Below are positions 58,828-64,000 of a DNA stretch of 64,000 nt, piece after piece. Within the stretch, counting starts at the first letter, position 1. Every line of letters begins with the position of its first letter. Source of the DNA: Nitrospinaceae bacterium (GTDB lineage: Bacteria > Nitrospinota > Nitrospinia > Nitrospinales > Nitrospinaceae); NCBI GenBank assembly GCA_965237905.1, contig OZ250172.1, positions 2,461,805-2,525,804 of the forward strand, given 5' to 3'. The notes below the pieces were generated by a model, which searched no databases, was not told the DNA's origin, and saw only the letters and a program-made list of their open reading frames with translations. A program made the translations under genes and the position numbers.

Positions 58828-59415
58828 TTGACCCACCGCTTGAGAACGACACTTCTCAACTTGATAATAGCCGCCCTGATCCTGGTATTTCCGTGGACGG
58901 GAGCCCAGGCCCAGTTCTTCGAACAGAAAGACGTTTTCGACCAGTCGGAGTTGGATTACAAAAAGATTTTCAAGGAAGGGTTGTCGGCGAACGGCAAAAT
59001 CTTGAACCTTTCCGGGAAAAAAATCGGGGACAAGGGGGTTGAAATTCTGCTCACCCAGGATTTCCTTAAGAAAGTGACCAAGCTGGACTTGCGCTACAAC
59101 AAAATTTCGGAAAAAGGGGCCAAGTTGATGGCTCAATCCAAAGCCTTCGGCAAACTTCAGGTACTGGAGTTGAAACACAATTATCTTTTGGACAACGGTA
59201 CGGTGGCGTTGGCGGAATCCAAAGGATTCTCCAAGCTTGAAAAATTGAGTCTGGGATGGAATGAGATTCGGGATGCCGGGGCGCTGGCGTTTGCCAAAAC
59301 CAAAACCTTTCCCAAATTAAAAAAGCTGGACCTGCGCGGCAACTTTCTCGCCGACGAGACCAAAAAGACCCTCAAAAAGGATTTGGCCCACCTGAAATCG
59401 CTAAAACTGTTTTAG
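58828..59415 (+). CDS. Ribonuclease-inhibitor-type LRR protein with signal peptide (secreted)
   Basis: Signal peptide followed by five or more RI-like LRR units. There is a 4-bp gap after the upstream paralog. Confidence 0.7.
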   Translation: MTHRLRTTLLNLIIAALILVFPWTGAQAQFFEQKDVFDQSELDYKKIFKEGLSANGKILNLSGKKIGDKGVEILLTQDFLKKVTKLDLRYNKISEKGAKLMAQSKAFGKLQVLELKHNYLLDNGTVALAESKGFSKLEKLSLGWNEIRDAGALAFAKTKTFPKLKKLDLRGNFLADETKKTLKKDLAHLKSLKLF

Positions 59416-59489
59416 GCAGGATTGAAAAGTTGATCTGTCACCCTGAGCCTGTCGAAGGGTGACGATTAAGGTCAGGCTTCGACACCACG

Positions 59490-59732
59490 CTACAGTTTGA
59501 TGACTCCCGTATCTTCATCAAATGTATAAATTTCCCCCTCTGGGGCGCGGAAAGTGATCTCTTTGACCTCCCAGATGTGATTTTTTTTGATGTCTGCTTC
59601 GGCCGCATGAAACCGGCCGTTTTCTTCTCTCTGCAACAGCAAAAATTTATTCGAATCGTTGCACACGATCTGCCACTCCTTGAAATCACTTTGGACGATT
59701 CCCTTTTCGTAATCGATATTGATGATATTCAT
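59490..59732 (-). CDS. Hypothetical protein (80 aa)
   Basis: Complete ORF, no recognised domain. Confidence 0.4.
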   Translation of the reverse strand: MNIINIDYEKGIVQSDFKEWQIVCNDSNKFLLLQREENGRFHAAEADIKKNHIWEVKEITFRAPEGEIYTFDEDTGVIKL

Positions 59733-59781
59733 ACCTGCATCACTCCCTATTTCAATCAGCTATTTTTGGTTTAAGGGTCAA

Positions 59782-61356
59782 TCAATAATGGTGGATGTCT
59801 TTTGCCAGTTCCCGGGCTTTGGCGAGGGCGTGGCTCTTGGTCAGTTGGGGCGGATTGTTGATCGCCATTTTGGCAAACGCGACCAGTAGATCGGTATCAT
59901 CGTTGATGGTTTGTTTTCGTTTTTTGAAAAACTTCTGAAGTTCTGATTCTTTCACGATAATGGGTTTGACTACCGGGGCTTTAGCGTCTTTGGAATTGCC
60001 CGAGGGTGTATCGTCATTGGGTAAGCCGGTAATATCCCGCTCGATCTGAATTTCAGGAACGATACCGTGGACGGTAATGTCGATTCCCGAAGGTGTGTAA
60101 TATTTGGAAGTGGTGAGACGGAGGCCGGACGAATCACTCATGCGGAAAATGGTTTGCACCGATCCCTTGCCGTAGGAACGTTCCCCCAGGATCAATGCCT
60201 TGCCGGCGTCCTTGAGGGACCCCGAGACGATTTCTGATGCGCTGGCGCTGTGATTATTGATCAAAACCGCCAACGGTTTTTTGCTCCAGCGATCGTCGTA
60301 CACGGAATCGTATTGTTGCGTATCATTACGGTCACGTCCTTGCGTGTAAACCACCAACTGGCCCTCTTCGAGGAAGTGGCTGGCGACTTTGACCGATTGA
60401 GTCAGCAGACCGCCGGGGTTGTCCCGAAGGTCCAGAATGAACGCCTGGACACCGTCTTTTCCCCCTTTTTCGAGCGCCTCTTCCAACTGGTCATTGGTTT
60501 GCTTGGAAAAACTGCTGATGCGGATGTAACCCGTATGGTCTCCCAGGTATTTGTACTGCACCGTTTCGATGGAAATGATTTCCCGGGTTAACGTGGTGAG
60601 TTGGGTGACTTTGGTGGAGTGCCGGTAGACATCGACGTTTACCTGGGTATTGGGATAGCCTCGGAGTTTCGCCGCCAACTCATGAATCTGCATTCCTTTG
60701 ATTTCCTGCTTGTCCACCCGTGTGATGATGTCCTGTGGGAGAATTCCCGCCCGGGCTGAAGGCGAGTTTCTTAATACACGCACCACGGTCAACCGATTAT
60801 CCACCAAAGTGATGACCATGCCCACTCCGCCATACTGGCCCTCGGTATCCCTCATGGACGCCTCAAATTCCTCCTTGTCCATATAAAGCGAGTAGGGGTC
60901 CAGGGAATGCATCAGCCCGTCGACGCCGGCTCTTTCCAGATCTTTTTTGGTGACCTTGCCTTTGAGCTCCCGACTGATGAAATCATAAACTCCCTGCAGA
61001 GCCTGCATGTTCTCATCTTTGTTGAAGCTCAACCGGTAGCTGAATTTCTTCCCATTGGCTTCGAGGGTCTTGCCCGAATACACGGAAGTAACAGAGAGGT
61101 TTTCTTTTTCCACCGTTTTTATCATGGCATCGATCGCGGCAGTGAACAGTTTTTTGAAATCCGGGGGGTAAACGTAGTTGTCGGCCACTAGTTCCAGGAC
61201 TTCATCGAATATGTCCAGGTCGTCATCGAAGAAACCGGCGTGAGCCGGTTGGGCCTGGAAGGGACCGGATTGAAAACCAATGGGGTTGACCAGGGAAAAG
61301 GTAAGGAGAACGAAGGTCATTCCCAATAAAAGTTTTAAGCTGATTTTTCTGCGCAT
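59782..61356 (-). CDS. ctpA: S41-family C-terminal processing peptidase (tail-specific protease) with PDZ domain
   Basis: Signal peptide, PDZ domain, and the catalytic Ser/Lys blocks (GERSYGKGSVQ). Confidence 0.85.
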   Translation of the reverse strand: MRRKISLKLLLGMTFVLLTFSLVNPIGFQSGPFQAQPAHAGFFDDDLDIFDEVLELVADNYVYPPDFKKLFTAAIDAMIKTVEKENLSVTSVYSGKTLEANGKKFSYRLSFNKDENMQALQGVYDFISRELKGKVTKKDLERAGVDGLMHSLDPYSLYMDKEEFEASMRDTEGQYGGVGMVITLVDNRLTVVRVLRNSPSARAGILPQDIITRVDKQEIKGMQIHELAAKLRGYPNTQVNVDVYRHSTKVTQLTTLTREIISIETVQYKYLGDHTGYIRISSFSKQTNDQLEEALEKGGKDGVQAFILDLRDNPGGLLTQSVKVASHFLEEGQLVVYTQGRDRNDTQQYDSVYDDRWSKKPLAVLINNHSASASEIVSGSLKDAGKALILGERSYGKGSVQTIFRMSDSSGLRLTTSKYYTPSGIDITVHGIVPEIQIERDITGLPNDDTPSGNSKDAKAPVVKPIIVKESELQKFFKKRKQTINDDTDLLVAFAKMAINNPPQLTKSHALAKARELAKDIHHY

Positions 61357-61366
61357 AGCTATAGGA

Positions 61367-62050
61367 TCAAGGGTTTAAAATGCTGTCAAAAATAACGTCC
61401 AGGTTGTCTGTCATCACATCCACACTACCACCGGAAATACTCGGCGTCACTCTTAAGGTTTCGTTGATGATGACCGTCGGCGTTTCGTTGGCTTTGTATT
61501 GTTGGGCCAGTGCCAGCGAACTTTGAACCTTCGCTTTTATGACAGGTGATTGCATGCCAGCGACCATTTCCTTTTCGATACCGTAATCCTTGGCAAGGAG
61601 TTTGAGCACACGGGGTTGGAAAATATTAACATCAAGTTGATGAAATGTGTCAAACAACTCCTGGGTGAACTTTTTTTCCACTCCCTGTTCGTCTGAAATA
61701 TAGAACGCCATCGCCGGGTAAGGGGTCTGTTGTTGTCCCCAGTAGATGGGAGATTTCTTGTGCAGGAGCTTGCCTTTATATTTTTTGTGGAGTCGCTTGG
61801 AAGTTTCCAGAAACTTATAGCAGTGGCCGCATGAATAATTGAAAAACTCGATCATTTCAATCTGCCTGGCTCCTTTGAGCCCGTCCGCCTTGCCCACCAG
61901 TTGATACTTACCCTTGATTCCGGGCACCTGGTCCAATTTTACCGGCGGGCGCTGGCCTTTTTCGGCGGATATCGCCACGGTCCCGGTGGTCGGGAATGCA
62001 AGCAACACACAAAAAATGAACGCTATAGCGTATTTCATGGGAACTCCCAA
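61367..62050 (-). CDS. dsbA: Periplasmic thiol:disulfide oxidoreductase DsbA-like
   Basis: Signal peptide and a CGHC active site in a thioredoxin fold. Confidence 0.75.
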   Translation of the reverse strand: MGVPMKYAIAFIFCVLLAFPTTGTVAISAEKGQRPPVKLDQVPGIKGKYQLVGKADGLKGARQIEMIEFFNYSCGHCYKFLETSKRLHKKYKGKLLHKKSPIYWGQQQTPYPAMAFYISDEQGVEKKFTQELFDTFHQLDVNIFQPRVLKLLAKDYGIEKEMVAGMQSPVIKAKVQSSLALAQQYKANETPTVIINETLRVTPSISGGSVDVMTDNLDVIFDSILNP

Positions 62051-62118
62051 TAGGATTCAACGTTCTTCTATTATATGGGAAAAAGGGGCACTTATGCCAT
62101 CCCTTCGTCCGGAAATTT

Positions 62119-63459
62119 TCAGTGCTGAATACGCGGCCAATACTGGCCAAAATTGAATTTCGGGCTGTGTTTTTTAACATGGCATGTGCCGCACGCCGCG
62201 TTGGCCTCTCCCGCGAACCCTCCCTGCGGATTTTGAGTATGCTCCAAACGCGCCCCGTGGCACATTTCGCATTGCACGTTTTTGAGTTCCGGCGTATCGA
62301 TTTCGCTGATAAACCCGCCCGGTTTCCCGAAGCCGGTGGTGTGGCAGACCAGGCATTCCGGGTCGAACGATTTGTTCACCTCCTGGAGCGCCGCGTAAGC
62401 CCGGCTGTGACCCGTCTTCGACCAGATATCATGTTCTTTCGAGTGACAGGTCAGGCAGGTCTGGTCCGTCGCGTATACCCGGCGCTGTTTTTGTGTGCGT
62501 TTGGCGGCCAGGGTGGCCATAAATAATTCTTCCACTTCCGTGTTGTACGCTTCGTATAATTGCGTCATTTCCGGGTCTATGGGAGCTTTGGATCCCAGGC
62601 GGACCATTTTCTGCTGGTACGTCTTTTCGCCATCCGGATTAATGCGGACTCGCAATTCTCCTATCTTTTGTCCCAGCGGGCCGGGTTGAACAAAGATTTT
62701 CCCCGCCTTCTGGACCGGGATCATGTCGATGATATCGCTATCCTTTTCTATATGACCGTTGATAACGATATCTACACCGGGCAGGTCCAGAAATTTCATC
62801 CCTTTGTCGCGTGACATGTGGGTGAGGACCACGATCAGGTCCGGCGACTCACTCTTGCGGGCGGCATTGATTTGTTGCTGTAACGCCGCCAGGGGATCGT
62901 TCAGATTTATGTTGGAGTCGGAAGACGCGTAAAAAAGATCGGGGTCGGCTACTGCGGTGACGAACACTTTCAATCCGTTGGCCAGTACCTTGGTCCGGGA
63001 GGGCGGCAGGGTGAGTCCTTCCAACTGCAGGTTAGCGGTCACCCACGGGATGTTTTGTATGCCCTTAAGGAACCCGTTGCCGTACAGCAGGTCCTTGTCT
63101 CCCAGGGTGATGGCGTCGTAGTTCATCTGCGCCAGGGCTTTCATCATGGTCTGCGCCTTGAGCTTGCCCTGCCGGGTCGATCCCTTGAAGTTGTCTCCCA
63201 GATCGACAAGCAGTGTGTTGGCCTCTTGTGGGATCACCTGTTTCAGGTAGCCCATCCGGCGCTCAATGCCGCCCTGATCTTCTTCCTTGTCACAGCCGCA
63301 GGGTTTGAGCTCGCCCAGCGCGTTCCCCGAATAGATGATGAGCACCTCCCCGGACCGGGATGCGGTCTGATCGGGAAGGGCGGTACAACCCATCAGAAGC
63401 GTCAATAGGAGGCCCGTGGCTGTTCTGAAAACTTTCATGTTTCGATTGTGTGGGCGCAA
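62119..63459 (-). CDS. Lipoprotein with an N-terminal metallophosphoesterase/5'-nucleotidase-like domain and a C-terminal tetraheme cytochrome c domain
   Basis: Lipobox LMGCTA. Four CxxCH motifs (CLTCH, CLVCH, CEMCH, CGTCH) in the last 120 residues. Confidence 0.6.
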   Translation of the reverse strand: MRPHNRNMKVFRTATGLLLTLLMGCTALPDQTASRSGEVLIIYSGNALGELKPCGCDKEEDQGGIERRMGYLKQVIPQEANTLLVDLGDNFKGSTRQGKLKAQTMMKALAQMNYDAITLGDKDLLYGNGFLKGIQNIPWVTANLQLEGLTLPPSRTKVLANGLKVFVTAVADPDLFYASSDSNINLNDPLAALQQQINAARKSESPDLIVVLTHMSRDKGMKFLDLPGVDIVINGHIEKDSDIIDMIPVQKAGKIFVQPGPLGQKIGELRVRINPDGEKTYQQKMVRLGSKAPIDPEMTQLYEAYNTEVEELFMATLAAKRTQKQRRVYATDQTCLTCHSKEHDIWSKTGHSRAYAALQEVNKSFDPECLVCHTTGFGKPGGFISEIDTPELKNVQCEMCHGARLEHTQNPQGGFAGEANAACGTCHVKKHSPKFNFGQYWPRIQH

Positions 63460-63654
63460 GGGGTGATCCTCATCGTGAAGTCCTTAAATCAATGGTTCTA
63501 CAATTTTACCTCATGCTACAAGCATTGGGAAATGAAAGTGAATCTGAGAAAACGGCTGTTTTTCACGGTGATTGGTTTCTTTTGAAAGCAAAAGAAGTTA
63601 ATATAGATAAATAGAGTGACACTCTTCTTCAAGCCTCATTCCTTCGTGAGGACC

Positions 63655-64000
63655 ATGACTACACGTAAATCTGAAATTCACATGCACTCGGTTTTTTCCG
63701 ATGGCGAGTTTGCCCCGGCGGAACTGATCGCCATCGGCAAGAAAAACGGCGTGGGCATCATGGCTCTCACCGATCACGATACCTTTTCGGGTCTTCCGGA
63801 GTTTATAGACGCTTCCAAAGATTCCGGAGTCTTCGCCTTTCCCGGCATCGAGATCACTGTGCAGTATCGCGATTTCAACCTGCACCTCCTTTCCTATTTC
63901 AAATCGCTGGAGTCCGTGCTTCCGGATTTATGGAACCGTGTCGAAACAATGAAAGAGGCCCGCGAAGAACGCATGCACCAACTGATCGCCAAGATCAATG
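63655..64000 (+). CDS. PHP-domain (histidinol-phosphatase-like, TrpH/YciV) protein, truncated by the window edge
   Basis: The N-terminal HMHSVFSDG...ALTDHDT PHP motif from my own translation. Not in the track because it runs off the right edge. Confidence 0.7.
   Translation, partial: MTTRKSEIHMHSVFSDGEFAPAELIAIGKKNGVGIMALTDHDTFSGLPEFIDASKDSGVFAFPGIEITVQYRDFNLHLLSYFKSLESVLPDLWNRVETMKEAREERMHQLIAKIN

Overview
The window is 64 kb of a Gram-negative-type bacterial chromosome with about 55% GC (BamD, ExbB/ExbD, DsbA/DsbD-type periplasmic redox proteins, flotillin/NfeD). It is dense in housekeeping genes: plsY, a sigma-70-family factor, an M18 aminopeptidase, glnS, gltX, recG, relA/spoT, rpmB, an Mrp/ApbC carrier, CtpA, an NCS2 permease, and tRNA-Cys and tRNA-Gly. 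Several accessory or unusual segments are interleaved with these. (1) A roughly 1.9 kb low-GC islet carrying an AbiEi/AbiEii type IV toxin-antitoxin (abortive infection) pair sits at the 3' end of glnS, and a diverged displaced copy of the last ~35 codons of glnS marks its far end. A similar displaced 3' fragment of gltX lies across a ~250 bp insert from the convergent gltX gene. Together this is a patch where elements have integrated into the 3' ends of two aminoacyl-tRNA synthetase genes. (2) At least four families of short palindromic or hairpin repeats (REP/MITE-like) are spread through the intergenic DNA. One roughly 90 bp family (core ACGGTTTTAAAATTACC) has four copies whose terminal hairpin keeps its pairing through compensatory base changes. 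Some copies supply the C-terminus and stop codon (NUDIX hydrolase, ExbB) or the Shine-Dalgarno sequence of neighbouring genes, and a copy of the composite hairpin element lies on each side of gltX as a direct repeat. (3) Three tandem paralogous secreted four-Cys small proteins (DUF3015-like); two of them are followed by terminator hairpins with an identical 11 bp stem. (4) An orphan flgM with a textbook sigma-28 promoter. (5) Two tandem ribonuclease-inhibitor-type LRR proteins. (6) Several low-GC blocks encoding small membrane or secreted hypothetical proteins. (7) A DUF4105-family gene at the left edge interrupted by one in-frame TAA. The ORF track omits ORFs that run off the window edges (DUF4105 C-terminal half at 1-952, PHP-domain gene from 63655). 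Many long antisense ORFs are GC3-bias artefacts.
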